A DNA stretch of 64,000 nucleotides from Deltaproteobacteria bacterium (GCA_031254895.1 JAIRTO010000324.1:13-64012); one strand, 5' to 3'; positions 29,667-40,448 are shown, numbered from the stretch's first letter. Numbers and translations are program-made. The notes: a model not told the origin generated them from the letters alone.

Positions 29667-30134
29667 TCAGTCGCCGAGCTCGTCTTCCGTTTCGTTTTGT
29701 TCGCCTCCGCCTTGTTTCCGGGCCGCCTGATTATGAGCCATAAGGGCGTCGGCAAGCTTTTGCGGGTCAGGTTGGGCCAAAAGGGTCAGACTGCCTTCGT
29801 CGGGGTGAAGGGAGCGGACGACGATATGGCCGCAGCCGACCAGCGACATGGCCATGGAGCGGGTCACGTCGGCTCGGTCTATGGCGGACAGGGAAATCGT
29901 CTCCGGACGGCCCAGCCCCCACCAACTGTCCGTCCGCAAAGTCGATTCGGATAGGGTGTAGACTAAACTCAATCGGTGTAGAAAAAGGGCAACGAAAATT
30001 GTGGCCAGAAAGACCCAAGGCCAGATCTCTTCGGAGCGGCTTCTGGCGTGCAAGGCGATGACAAGACCAAGGCCGGAGCCGAAGACCAACACCCAGGCGC
30101 CTCGCAAGGCGGGTCTGAAACGTCTGATGGACAC
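29667..30134 (-). CDS. Small membrane protein with a bacterial PH-like (DUF304/YdbS-like) domain
   Basis: Two N-terminal TM helices, then YTLSESTLRTDSWWGLGRPETISLSAIDRADV...GHIVV, and an acidic tail. Confidence 0.5.
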   Translation of the reverse strand: MSIRRFRPALRGAWVLVFGSGLGLVIALHARSRSEEIWPWVFLATIFVALFLHRLSLVYTLSESTLRTDSWWGLGRPETISLSAIDRADVTRSMAMSLVGCGHIVVRSLHPDEGSLTLLAQPDPQKLADALMAHNQAARKQGGGEQNETEDELGD

Positions 30135-30352
30135 AAAAAAACCTTCTGTTCACTTTTTAGGCGCGGTTGATAAAAATAGGATCGGCCTTTAGGGCATGGT
30201 CGTCATGATCCGCCTCAGTAGCTGGTTGGCCTGAAAATTGCAACTCCTAACGAAGCCTCCCAAGGAGGCGAACCGCAACATATTAAAAAACATTTGGCGT
30301 TCATAAGCAAGGGGGTTCAGTTCGCCGATATCGGAAGACGGGAGACTAGAAA

Positions 30353-31156
30353 GTGGAAAGCATAGTATATTATTTGCAGAAAATAGGCGAAATAGTCGTT
30401 TGGGCGATGGGGGTGATTGGTTTGTGTTGGCTTTTGTCAAGCGCCGCCTTCGGCAAGGAGGCCGTGCCGGGAGCCCTGGACACGGTCAAGATAGGCGAAC
30501 TGGAAGTGGGCATGGTTCAGCCCGAAGGTTTGATCAAGGTCAACGGTCTTTGTCCTGAAGCGGACAAATTCATGGAATCTCTAAAAGATCTGTTCAAGTT
30601 GAACGTCTTGGCCGTCTACGCCAATCCCGATCAGTGGACCGTTTTCGTCAACGGCTTGTCCACCGGCCAGCCCAGGCTTCTGCCGTCCATAGCCGTCATC
30701 AGCTCCACCATCAGGATGGAGGGCAAGAGCTACGACCAGAAGAGCGTGGTCAAGGAGCGGCGACGCCTGAACAACCTCATCGGCTTGGCCATAAACACCA
30801 AACCTTTGTCCATGGTCATGAGCAACCGGGCCAACGCCAAGCTTCGTCAGAAGTTGGGCCGGGAATTGGGTTTCAGCTATTCCACCGGCCAGGACGTCGG
30901 CCGTTTCGCCGAGACTGAGCGCAGCATATCGTTCGCGCTAAAGACGTCCCTAAACCTCAACGGGCTTCGGAGCGATTCGTTCGTCACCGCTTCCGCCTTG
31001 AACGTCGGAGACAAATTCATCTACCTGACCTGGTTCACTCCGGATCGCAGCCCGGAAGGCATGGACAAGCAAAAGACTCAGAGCATCGTCTGGATGAACC
31101 AAGTGTCCAGTCTCAACGCCAATCTCGCCGCCAGCGCGGGCAGCGCGCCCAATTGA
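30353..31156 (+). CDS. Hypothetical secreted or membrane-anchored protein
   Basis: 267-aa ORF starting at GTG with a GGGAG RBS 8 nt upstream. It has an N-terminal hydrophobic segment IVVWAMGVIGLCWLLSSAAFG. I recognise no family. Confidence 0.5.
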   Translation: MESIVYYLQKIGEIVVWAMGVIGLCWLLSSAAFGKEAVPGALDTVKIGELEVGMVQPEGLIKVNGLCPEADKFMESLKDLFKLNVLAVYANPDQWTVFVNGLSTGQPRLLPSIAVISSTIRMEGKSYDQKSVVKERRRLNNLIGLAINTKPLSMVMSNRANAKLRQKLGRELGFSYSTGQDVGRFAETERSISFALKTSLNLNGLRSDSFVTASALNVGDKFIYLTWFTPDRSPEGMDKQKTQSIVWMNQVSSLNANLAASAGSAPN

Positions 31157-31479
31157 GCGGCTAGCGATCCTTTGGTTCGGCGCGACGGAGGGCGGCGAAG
31201 AGCCTTTCGTCTCGCCCAAAAAGACGGGAACGCCTTCGGCTATCGGGGGCCATAGCGGCCAGGCGAGGTCGAAAAGCGTCCCTTGTCCGAAAGAGAGTCC
31301 TTGTCCGAAAGAGGGCCCTTGCCCGAGGGCAGCTGGCGGTTCCCGCTCGAACGGCGTCGCGAGCAAAAATGCTGGCGAACAAAAATACTGGCGAGTCAAT
31401 GGGTTCGCGTTCTAAAGGTTCGCGAGCCAGGGGCGTCCGCTCGCGCGGCTCCAGGGCTAAAGAACCGAGCTCCTGTCCG

Positions 31480-31620
31480 ATCCGTTTTCCCCGTTCTCCC
31501 CGTCCTGCTCTCGCCGTCCGTCCTATCCGTCCTGCTCTCGCCGTCCGTCCTGTCCGTCCTGCTCTCGCCGACCGACCTCTTCTCTCTGCCCGTCCTGCTG
31601 CCTATCCTGTTCTCCCCGTT
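31480..31620. repeat. Tandem array of about 26-27 bp (ccgtcctgctctcgccg core, 3 copies plus degenerate flanks)
   Basis: The core word starts at 31500, 31527 and 31553. Confidence 0.8.
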
Positions 31621-31682
31621 CGCCCCCTTTTTTTCGGGGCGGTTCCCCTCGAAGACTTGAAGAGATCTCGAAGAGATGGAGA

Positions 31683-32924
31683 TTAGCCCAGTTTGAAAGC
31701 CTCGTGTAGGGCTCTGACGGCCAGTTCGGCGTATTTTTTTTCGATGACGCAGCTTATTTTGATTTCCGAAGTCGAAATCATCGACAAATTGATGCCTTCT
31801 CGGGCCAGGGTCTGAAACATGAGCGTCGCCACGCCGGCGTGATTGCGCATCCCCACGCCCACAATGGAGACCTTGGCTATGTTGTTGTCTCCCACCACTT
31901 CGGCCGCGCCTATTTCTTGCCCGGCCGCCTTCATCAGATCAAGAGTGGTGTCGTAATCGCCGGACGGGACGGTGAAGGAAAAGTCCGTCAGCTGGATTTG
32001 GCCGTCGTCGGTCTCGTCGGGGGGCAAGGCGGACTGATTTTGGATGATCATGTCCACGACGACCCCGGCTTTGGAGATGATGCTCAGTATGCGGGCGGCC
32101 ACTCCAGGCAGATCGGGCACTCTTAATAGGGTTATGCGGGCCTCGTTGACTGAATGGGTCACGCCTCGCACTGGTGTCTTTTCCATGTCAGCGTCCTCTT
32201 CGCAGATTATGGTGCCTGTGGCGCTGGAATGAGCGTGGCGGACATGGATTTTGACTCCGTAGTTCATGCCCAGCTCGACGCTGCGTATTTCCATGACTTT
32301 AGCGCCTAAGGATGATAATTCCAGCATTTCTTCGTAACAAATTCTGTCCATCTTCCGGGCGGCGTCGCAGACGTTGGGATCTGTGGTGTAGATGCCCTCG
32401 ACGTCGGTGTATATTTCGCAGACGTCGGCGTCAAGAGCCACGGCCAGAGCCACGGCCGTCGTGTCCGAGCCGCCCCGGCCCAAGGTGGTGATGTCTCCGT
32501 GGCGATTCTGGCCCTGAAAGCCGGCCACGACGCAGATGCGGCCTTTGGCCAGCTCGGTCTTCAGCCGGGAGGGGTTCAGCTCCGTGATGCGGGCCCGGCC
32601 GTGGACGTCGTCCGTCTTGATGCCGGCCTGGTAGCCGAGAAAGGACTTGACCTTTTCGCCCATGGCCTGACAGACCAGAGCGAATATGGCGACGTTCGTC
32701 TGCTCTCCGATGGAGAGAAGACAGTCGAGCTCTCTTTTGTCCGGATCTTCAGTGATCTCTTTGGCCAGGTTGAGGAGACGATCCGTCTCGCCCTTCATGG
32801 CCGACAAGACGACCACGACTTCGTGGCCGGCAAGTTTGGTTTCGATGGCTCTCTGGGCCACGGCTTTGATGAGCTCCAAATTGGCGACGGAACTCCCGCC
32901 GTATTTTTGAATAATTCTAGACAT
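31683..32924 (-). CDS. lysC: Aspartate kinase
   Basis: MSRIIQKYGGSSVANLELIKAVAQRA...VVVVLSAMKGETDRLL..., with GGSDTTAVALA and two C-terminal ACT-like regions. Confidence 0.95.
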   Translation of the reverse strand: MSRIIQKYGGSSVANLELIKAVAQRAIETKLAGHEVVVVLSAMKGETDRLLNLAKEITEDPDKRELDCLLSIGEQTNVAIFALVCQAMGEKVKSFLGYQAGIKTDDVHGRARITELNPSRLKTELAKGRICVVAGFQGQNRHGDITTLGRGGSDTTAVALAVALDADVCEIYTDVEGIYTTDPNVCDAARKMDRICYEEMLELSSLGAKVMEIRSVELGMNYGVKIHVRHAHSSATGTIICEEDADMEKTPVRGVTHSVNEARITLLRVPDLPGVAARILSIISKAGVVVDMIIQNQSALPPDETDDGQIQLTDFSFTVPSGDYDTTLDLMKAAGQEIGAAEVVGDNNIAKVSIVGVGMRNHAGVATLMFQTLAREGINLSMISTSEIKISCVIEKKYAELAVRALHEAFKLG

Positions 32925-32937
32925 CTCTCGTACCTGG

Positions 32938-33492
32938 CTAGAGACTTAGGCAAAGCTTCCAGATTTTTCGGGCCAAGGGCGACGGCCCTCGAGCCCGAAG
33001 CAAGCGGCCCTGGCCGTCATATTGAAATACAAGCTCCAGCCTGTCTGCGGGCCAAAAAGAATCGTCCATTCTCTCAGGCCACTCCACAAGACAAAGGCCG
33101 TCAAGACATTCGTCCAGTCCGGCTCCGACGAATTCGGCGGCCGCGTTCGGGCCCAAGCGATAAAGATCGATATGGCGGAGGGGAATTTTGGTCTGATATT
33201 CGTTGCAGAGGGTAAAAGTCGGGCTGACCGCTTCTCCCGGCTCCGCCCCCATAGCCTCGGCCAAGCCTTGGCACAAGGTGGTTTTTCCGGCGCCCAAAGG
33301 ACCTTCCAAAGTGACGAGAAAGGGAGCGAGCGGCTCCTTTAGGAGCGCCGCGCCCACGACGGCGCCGACGGCGCGGGTGGCTTCGGGACTGTCCAGACGC
33401 AGAAGACCGGGAAGATAAGAACTGTCTTGAGGTATAATCACAGCAGGGGAATTCGATTGATCCTCAGGGGAAGAGTTTAAATGTAGAGGCAT
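32938..33492 (-). CDS. tsaE: tRNA t6A37 biosynthesis ATPase TsaE (YjeE)
   Basis: Walker A LEGPLGAGKTTLCQGLAEAMG, VSPTFTLCNEY and HIDLYRL motifs. It ends 13 nt upstream of lysC. Confidence 0.85.
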   Translation of the reverse strand: MPLHLNSSPEDQSNSPAVIIPQDSSYLPGLLRLDSPEATRAVGAVVGAALLKEPLAPFLVTLEGPLGAGKTTLCQGLAEAMGAEPGEAVSPTFTLCNEYQTKIPLRHIDLYRLGPNAAAEFVGAGLDECLDGLCLVEWPERMDDSFWPADRLELVFQYDGQGRLLRARGPSPLARKIWKLCLSL

Positions 33493-33720
33493 TTCTTTCT
33501 TTTTATCCCTTTGGCCTCTATAAAGCGAAGCGAACGACTCGGAGTCGGCCGGGGCTGAAGGTCTCAGAAGCTGTTATTATGGCCGTTCGAGCCTCTGAAG
33601 TCAACAGTTCATGAAAACGAGCAATTTTAGACCTATCGGAGGCGGCGCGGGCTAGGGGCCCTAAGACGGGCGCCTAGGCCGTTTTTGGCCGGCCGACGGG
33701 AAACTGGCGCAGAGGAGGCC

Positions 33721-34353
33721 ATGACGATAAAGGATCAGAGAAGACTGGACGATCACTACAGCCGCAAGGCTCGGAAAGAAGGCTACCCGGCCAGATCCGT
33801 CTGGAAGCTTGAGGAGTTCGACCGCAAATATGGCTTGTTCAAGCCGGGTCAGAAAGTCTTGGACCTCGGCTGCGCTCCGGGCGGCTGGACTCTGTACGCC
33901 GCCGCCAAGGTCGGGGCGGGCGGTCTGGCGCTGGGCTATGATCTCGCTCTGCCCAAAGGTCAAAAATTTCCGGCTCAGGTCGTTCTGCGGGAAGCCGACC
34001 TCGCCGAAATCGACTCGGCCGAAGCCGTAGATCTAGGCCCCTTTGACGTCGTCTTGTCGGATATGGCTCCCAAAACCACGGGCCGAAGAGAAATAGATCA
34101 GGCCCTGAGCTTGAGGCTGTGTCTGATCGCCTGGGACTGGGCCAGAAAGTCCGCCAAAAAAGGCGGCTTTTTTCTGCTCAAAATATTCCAAAGTCCTGAC
34201 GGAGACAGATTTTTGAAGAGTTTAGAGCCGTATTTCCGGAAAAGGACGCTTTTGAAGCCCCAGGCGACCAGAAAAGAGAGTCAGGAGATTTATTTCCTGG
34301 GCCAAGCCTTTGCCGGTCCCGAGGCGGCGGCGGCCTACGAGTTCGTTTTCTAG
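33721..34353 (+). CDS. rlmE: 23S rRNA (uridine-2'-O)-methyltransferase RlmE/FtsJ
   Basis: DHYSRKARKEGYPARSVWKLEEFDRKYGLFKPGQKVLDLGCAPGGWT...VLSDMAPKTTG. I use ATG 33721 with a GAGGAGG RBS; the ORF-track extension is rejected. Confidence 0.9.
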   Translation: MTIKDQRRLDDHYSRKARKEGYPARSVWKLEEFDRKYGLFKPGQKVLDLGCAPGGWTLYAAAKVGAGGLALGYDLALPKGQKFPAQVVLREADLAEIDSAEAVDLGPFDVVLSDMAPKTTGRREIDQALSLRLCLIAWDWARKSAKKGGFFLLKIFQSPDGDRFLKSLEPYFRKRTLLKPQATRKESQEIYFLGQAFAGPEAAAAYEFVF

Positions 34354-34364
34354 CGGCGCCGCCG

Positions 34365-35618
34365 TCAGGCGCTTTGTCCGTCGGAAGAGGTCGTCCGAAG
34401 CGTCTGTATTTTCGCTTCGGCTCTTGGCCGACGGAAAAAGAAAGCCGCGAGATAGAAGCACAGAAAGATGACGCAGTTGACCGTGGCGCCTCGGAAGGCC
34501 GCTCGATAGGTTTCGAAATGTTCGGCTATGAAGCCCAGAGCGACGGAGCCGATGCCCATGCCCACGTCGAAGGCGTTGAACAGCGAGGAGGCCACGGAAG
34601 TGCGCTGGTGGGGCTGCACCGAGGAAAAGGCCAGAGCCTGGACGCTGGGGAAGATGGCTCCCGTGGAGATGCCCCACAGAACGGCGGCCAAGAGCAGCAG
34701 TCCTCTCCCTTGAATGTGCGGAATGAGGGTCACGGCGAGGGTCATGGAGCAGATGGCCGGAAAGATGACCACCCTGTGGCCGCAGCGATCCTGCAGCTGT
34801 CCGGAGAAGACTCGGGATATGACTATGCCTATGGTGGCCAGGCCGAAAAAGAGACCGCTGTAGGGCAGATCGATTTCTTTGAAGTACAGGGCCAGATAGA
34901 TGGCCACGGCGCTGATGGAGACGCCGGTGGAAAACATCAGGAAGGACGGGGCCAGAACCAGGCGGCTGATGAAGACCAGTTTGGGCTTGGGCTTGTTTTC
35001 CGGCGGGGCGGGCAAGTCCAGATCCGGCATGCGCATGGTCCAAAAAAGGGCGCAGAGGTAAAAGCCGGCCACGGCCAGGAACATGACCAGATAGCCGAAG
35101 GAGTCTCTCAGCCAGATGCCGAAGGAAGGGCCGACGGCCAAAGTCAGAATCGTTCCCAAGCCCAGAAAGCCCATGCCTTGGGCCATTTTGCCCGGGGGGA
35201 CTATCCCGGCGGCCAGGGCCATTAAAAGAGTCGAGGTCAGACCGAAGCCCAGGCCGTGAAAGAAGCGGGCCAGACTGGCGGAGACGGCCGAATGAGCGAA
35301 ATAATAGCTCGTCACGGCCAGTCCCGCGATGAGGAGACCCAGTCGAACCAGGGCGAAAGGCTTGTATTTTAAAACCAGCTTCGGCGCGAGCATGCGCATG
35401 ATGATGGCGGCGACGGTGAAAAAGCTGAATATCCGGCCGATCGCGTCTCGGGAATGGCCATGCTCCTCCAGATAGACGGTCAGCGTGGGCAGAAGAACGT
35501 CGAAACCCAGGAAGATGAAGACGTTTAGAAAAATGAAGGCCCGAAAGCCGCGTGTCCACAGCTTCTGGCCCCGGTCGTCTTCGGAAAAGTAATAATCCCG
35601 AGTCTGGTCTCGTTTCAT
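34365..35618 (-). CDS. MFS transporter
   Basis: About 12 TM helices with an MFS loop motif (GQLQDRCGHR). I start at ATG 35618 (GGGAGAG RBS); the longer ORF-track N-terminus is not supported. Confidence 0.85.
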   Translation of the reverse strand: MKRDQTRDYYFSEDDRGQKLWTRGFRAFIFLNVFIFLGFDVLLPTLTVYLEEHGHSRDAIGRIFSFFTVAAIIMRMLAPKLVLKYKPFALVRLGLLIAGLAVTSYYFAHSAVSASLARFFHGLGFGLTSTLLMALAAGIVPPGKMAQGMGFLGLGTILTLAVGPSFGIWLRDSFGYLVMFLAVAGFYLCALFWTMRMPDLDLPAPPENKPKPKLVFISRLVLAPSFLMFSTGVSISAVAIYLALYFKEIDLPYSGLFFGLATIGIVISRVFSGQLQDRCGHRVVIFPAICSMTLAVTLIPHIQGRGLLLLAAVLWGISTGAIFPSVQALAFSSVQPHQRTSVASSLFNAFDVGMGIGSVALGFIAEHFETYRAAFRGATVNCVIFLCFYLAAFFFRRPRAEAKIQTLRTTSSDGQSA

Positions 35619-36170
35619 GGACGTTCTCTCCCTGAACGGAAATAGGCGGTCAGGGCGGCAAGAGGATGAAGTGGCGGCTTCGGCCGCGCGTCCGAACGGA
35701 CAATCGTCCGAGGCGAGGCCAAAAAAGAGAAGGGCAGGACGCGTCTCCAAGATGCGTCTTTTTGGGGCGTCGTCATGACGACGCGTCATGGGGACGTCAT
35801 CGCGGGAGCGTCGTCAAGGCGCGTCTTCATGAAAGGGGTCGAGGGTTGGTGGAGGGGGGAACCCGCCGCAGGGCCGACTCTCCCCTCCCGCAACCGTCAT
35901 TATGGCGACGCTTGGCCGCCGACGCGACGTTCCTTGACGAAAGGCCTTCAATTAGCCGCCAAAGAGATGAGCGTTCCTAAAACGCTAGACGTTTCCGCAC
36001 AACTAATCTGGTCCGGCGCGGCGGCCGAACGAGTTTCGGCAAGATACCTCATGGACGGGCAATAGTCAAGGTCGGCTTTGGCCCGCGCGCGCCGCCCTTG
36101 GCTCGGCGGCGCCTGACGCGTCAGAGCCAAGGGCGAAAAAGTTTTGGCTTATTGGCCAAAAGGGACGGCC

Positions 36171-36340
36171 CGCCTGGTCGAAGCTGGCCGAGCCTGGTCG
36201 AAGTTGGTCGAGGCTGGTCGGCTCGGCGTTTGGCCCTTGGCGCAGTTTGCCCGTCTGTCAGTCGGGCCGTCTGTCAGTTTGTCCGCCTGTCGGTTGGCCC
36301 GCCTGTCATTATTGCTTGTTGTTTGCTGTTGGTTTGATGG
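36171..36340. repeat. Stutter arrays (cctggtcgaag / ctggtcg words, then ccgtctgtcag / cgcctgtc words)
   Basis: gcctggtcgaagctggccgagcctggtcgaagttggtcgaggctggtcgg ... gcccgtctgtcagtcgggccgtctgtcagtttgtccgcctgtcggttggcccgcctgtc. Confidence 0.75.
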
Positions 36341-36726
36341 GTAGTTATGGTTTGACCGCTCGTTTGGGGGTCAAAAGACGGAAAAGAGGGCCGGCCAGAA
36401 AACGCCTTCCCGGACAGGGCTTTTAGGGGGGAGGCCAAGCCCTCCCCCCCTCGAAAGCTCAGGCCAGGAGCCGTCGATTTTTTTGGCCGGGCGGCTTTTG
36501 GAACATCGTGCCTCGGCCAGCCGCCTCGGCCAGCCGGGAAAAAAGGCGAAAGACCCTTCGCGTCCAGCCAAAAGACGCGCGTCTGGCCTAAGCCCTTTTG
36601 GGGGTTTGGAGGTCGTCCGTACTCCGCCCTTACAGGATGGCCTTTTCTGGGAAGAAAAGGCCAAGGCTTATCGTCAGAAAAGAAAAACAGGGAGGAAACG
36701 TCATCGCCTAGTGGGGCGATAAGGAC

Positions 36727-37731
36727 TTATGGCTTTAGGCCGAACAAGATGGATCGCCCTGGCGGAAGAGCCAGGGGCAGGATCTTGACGTCCACCAAAG
36801 AAGCCTCTCTCATCATGTCCGTTATTTCCCGGAAAGTGTAGCTTTGTCCGCCTTTCGTGTTGACCAGCATGTTGAGAGAGAATAAGGTCGAAGAGACGGG
36901 GCCGTCCAAAGAATCGGCGATCGTCATTTCCTGCACGGCCAATAAGCCGCCTTTCTCCAGAGCGTCGGCCGCCTTGGCCACTAGAGCGGCCGCTCCGGTC
37001 GGAGATTCCTGATGGAGGATCTGAGAGAGCCAGACGACGTCGTAGCCGACGGGAAAGGGGTCGACGTTGAAGTCGCCGCCGATGAAGCGGATGCGGTCGG
37101 AAAGGCCTAATTGGCCGACGACTTTTTCGGCGACGCTCTTCGAGGCCGGCAGATCGAAGATGGCGGCTTCGAGGGCTGGATTTTTGGCGCAGAAGCTGGC
37201 CGCATAGGTTCCCGGGCCGCCGCCGAGATCCAATAACATCTTTCGTCCGGAGAGATCCATGGCTTCGGCTACTTCGTCCGCCTGCATCCTGGCCGCGTTG
37301 TACATGGCCATCAAGAAGGCTTCTCTCTGAACGTCGTCGTCCGACTCGGCGGCCGAGGCGGCGGCCACTCTCGAGCCGGTTTTGACCGCTTCGTCGAGTC
37401 TGAGCCAGTTGGGCAGAATATGGGATTGGTGCCTCAGCATGTGGCCGAAATAGTCGGGAGAGTTTTTGGAAAAGAGCTTTCTGGAGTCTTCCGGCAGCCT
37501 GAGGGCCTGGCCTTGCCTTTCCAAGAGCCCCAGACCGACTAAAGCGGTCGCCAACATGCCCGTGGCTCTGGCGTCGCCGCCGACGGCGGCGGCCAGTTCG
37601 GCGACGGTCAGCTCGCCTTTTTCCAGCGGCGTGAAGAGATCCAGCTTGACGGCCGCCTGTATGGCGCAGCAAGCCCAGACTTCCTGAGTCATTTGCATTA
37701 TGGACTGCGGCGTCCAGGTTCTTTTGGTCAT
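36727..37731 (-). CDS. Class I SAM-dependent O-methyltransferase (family 2, with N-terminal dimerisation / winged-helix domain)
   Basis: I start at ATG 37731 (AAGGAGA RBS). SAM motif LLDLGGGPGTYA, and FIGGDFNVDPFPVGYDVVWLSQILH is typical of CrtF/ASMT-like OMTs. Confidence 0.8.
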   Translation of the reverse strand: MTKRTWTPQSIMQMTQEVWACCAIQAAVKLDLFTPLEKGELTVAELAAAVGGDARATGMLATALVGLGLLERQGQALRLPEDSRKLFSKNSPDYFGHMLRHQSHILPNWLRLDEAVKTGSRVAAASAAESDDDVQREAFLMAMYNAARMQADEVAEAMDLSGRKMLLDLGGGPGTYAASFCAKNPALEAAIFDLPASKSVAEKVVGQLGLSDRIRFIGGDFNVDPFPVGYDVVWLSQILHQESPTGAAALVAKAADALEKGGLLAVQEMTIADSLDGPVSSTLFSLNMLVNTKGGQSYTFREITDMMREASLVDVKILPLALPPGRSILFGLKP

Positions 37732-38479
37732 GTCGTTCTCCTTTCGGCGTCGGCGAAGAGCGCCTTTCGCGAAGGCGAAAGGCGGCGATGAACGAAAAGC
37801 GAAAAAGAATCTTTCTCCAAGGCGGGCTTGGCCGTTAGACGAAGTCCGGCCCGTCGAAAGGGCCAAAAAAGCGCGGCCGACGGACGGATTGGCCGCCCAG
37901 TTGGCCGTCAAAAAAAAGCGAACCGGACGAAAGGCCGCCGCGAAGGGCGAGGCCAGGCGCCTTTTGGGCGGAGAGCCTAAAAAAATCGTCGTCGCTCGGC
38001 GTTTTTTCGGCGTTGGCGAACGATCTCGGCGGCGTTTTTGTTTCGAGGGGGGCCCAAGGCCTTTATGATAACATAGCCGCGCTCTTATGTCAGACTTTTG
38101 GGAACCAAACGGCTCTTTTACGGCTACTTGACTCTCTCCTTGACCCTTCCATTGGCGAAAGATCAAAATCTATTTCAGCGCGTCAAGCCGGCTTTTCCGA
38201 TTCCCGACAATGATTCGGCCTTTGGCCGAACAATGTGCTAGGCCAAATCAAGGCCGTAAACGGCGTTTTCATCGACTTGCCCTGCGTATTTTGCGGACGT
38301 CAAGGCCAGAAGGGCGAGGCCGCCGCCCAGCCAACAACATGCGGAAAACAGGCGCATGTCCTTGAGAACTTTCAAGGCGCTTCCTTTTAGTTGAAACATG
38401 TCTCTCTCCATTGGCGCACTCTAATGGATGCTTATAAAATATCCTTGCTAAAAATAAAAATCAATGCTATTTTCAGGAA

Positions 38480-39421
38480 ATGATTTTCCAAAAACAGAAA
38501 ACAATTAATCCTCTTCTCAGCGACATGCCTCTATTTGCCGAAGTGGCGAGATTGCGCAGTTTCAGCAAGGCGGCTGACGCGCTCAATTTGGGCGTTTCCA
38601 CTATTTCCCGCCGCGTAAGGCTCTTAGAAGAGAAATTGGGGATGCCGCTGCTGATTCGGGACACTCATTCCGTTCAGTTGACGGAAGAAGGCAAAGCTCT
38701 CCTGGAGCACTGCGAATTTATTATGAATTCTGCGGATACCGCCCTTGAATCCATTACAGGAAGGGCTGCTCGACCATCTGGGCGGGTCAGGGTCAGCATG
38801 TACGCGGATATTTATTATGGTTCAATGCAAGGAGCGCTCAGCTCCTTCGCGGACAAATGGCCAGATATCGGACTGAGCATTCGGCTTGCGGAAGATCCGC
38901 CGGATTTATTGCTGGAGCCTTATGACATAATTTTCCGAATCGGGCCGTTGCCTCACGCGCACCTTACGGCAAAGAAAGTTTCAACTATATGCCCGGCGGC
39001 ATATGCCGCGCCCAAGCTGTTGGAAAAGCATTTCAAGCCGGAACATCCGCAAGATTTGAGAAACTTGCCCTGCATAGCCCTTTCCCGTTTTGGCCCTGTA
39101 TGGGAGTTGCGATGCGGCTCTGATATTGAAGTTGTTCACACCGCGCCTAAATTTACTTTCAGCAGCGCCCTGCTTGTAAAAGAATTTGCTGTCGGTGGAC
39201 ATGGGATCGCGCTGATCAGGGATGAGCTTGCAGAGCCGCTTGTTGAGAAAGGGGAGCTTGTTCGTCTGCTGCCGAAGTGGAAAGGGCCGGAACATGACTT
39301 ATTCCTTGTCATGGCTGGAAAGCCGATACCACAACGGGTGCAGCTTCTGACCAGCCATATGCTCAGCCATTTGTCATCCCCCTCAGGAAATATGGCCAAG
39401 GGAAAAAGCGTGTCCGGATAA
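38480..39421 (+). CDS. LysR-family transcriptional regulator
   Basis: HTH region LFAEVARLRSFSKAADALNLGVSTISRRVRLLEEKLGMPLLIRD plus a LysR substrate-binding domain. GC content is visibly lower than in the neighbouring genes. An alternative start lies at 38525. Confidence 0.9.
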   Translation: MIFQKQKTINPLLSDMPLFAEVARLRSFSKAADALNLGVSTISRRVRLLEEKLGMPLLIRDTHSVQLTEEGKALLEHCEFIMNSADTALESITGRAARPSGRVRVSMYADIYYGSMQGALSSFADKWPDIGLSIRLAEDPPDLLLEPYDIIFRIGPLPHAHLTAKKVSTICPAAYAAPKLLEKHFKPEHPQDLRNLPCIALSRFGPVWELRCGSDIEVVHTAPKFTFSSALLVKEFAVGGHGIALIRDELAEPLVEKGELVRLLPKWKGPEHDLFLVMAGKPIPQRVQLLTSHMLSHLSSPSGNMAKGKSVSG

Positions 39422-39458
39422 CGCGAAAAATCACCCATTGCCTCCGAGATTTAAGCTA

Positions 39459-39490
39459 GAAAGGCGACAGTTTTGCCGCCTTTCCGTTTT
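39459..39490 (+). terminator. Rho-independent terminator candidate after the LysR gene
   Basis: GAAAGGCG-N10-CGCCTTTC (8-bp perfect stem) followed by CGTTTT. Confidence 0.5.
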
Positions 39491-40448
39491 ACAAGGATTT
39501 CTTGCGCTCCGGTCAGCCAGCGCAACCCCAAAACTCGTAGCCGCCTTTACTACCCTTGCCGGGCTTTTTTACCCGATGAGCCATTGCTTTGCCGCATTTT
39601 GAACGGATCGTCAATGATTCGGCCGTTGGCCGAGCGAAAGGCGGGGCCTTTTTGGTCCCATCTCGTGAGGACGAACAATGCGCCAAGTTGGCCCAAGCGG
39701 CTTCGTCAAAGTTGTCAATTTGGCCGCTCGGCCGAAAATCGTCGCTTTGGTCGCGTCTTCGCCAATTCGCTATTTGGCCGCAACGTCTAGATTTAGCGTT
39801 CTTTTGGCCAGACTGAAGAACTAGGGACAAAACGGCCTCGCCAAAGCGCCAAAAAAGCTCGATTAAGCGGCCGGAAAAGCGCGAGCGTTTTGCTCCAAAA
39901 GGCCGCCAAATCGGCTTGGCGGGCGATGGCCCGCCCGGCTATGTCCCTCTTGAAAGAACACACAATATCTGGTATCTTTACGCAACGCCAAAGAGCCGAA
40001 ACATAATTCGTTCTTGAGCAACTTCATTAGTCATTATCTGTAACTGCAACCATCCAGCCTCAGGATTCGCTCCCCTGACGTCCACCGCCTCTGGACGACA
40101 GCCTCTCCTTCGACAAGTCGTTTTTTTCATCAGCCGGGGGAGATTATATTATTCGCTTTTCAGCCAAGGTCCATGACCGTTTCCGTCCCAGGATCACCTC
40201 CGCCCCCTGGCTGTTTCAGTCTCAGGATCATTTCAGTCCTGTGACCGGTTCCGCCTCGGTTCCGCCCCCGGTTCCGCCCCGCTTCCGCTTGGTCCTGTCG
40301 GAGACCAAGCCGGGTTTTTGACGACGGTTTTCTGGCCTGGCGGCGGCGGCGGCTCGAATGGCCAATTTCGGCGGAGTTCGAAGTTTTTGGCGGCGATTCC
40401 CGAGCCGGCTCGCTTCCCTGACCCTGAATCAGAGGCTTGGTCGATTTT

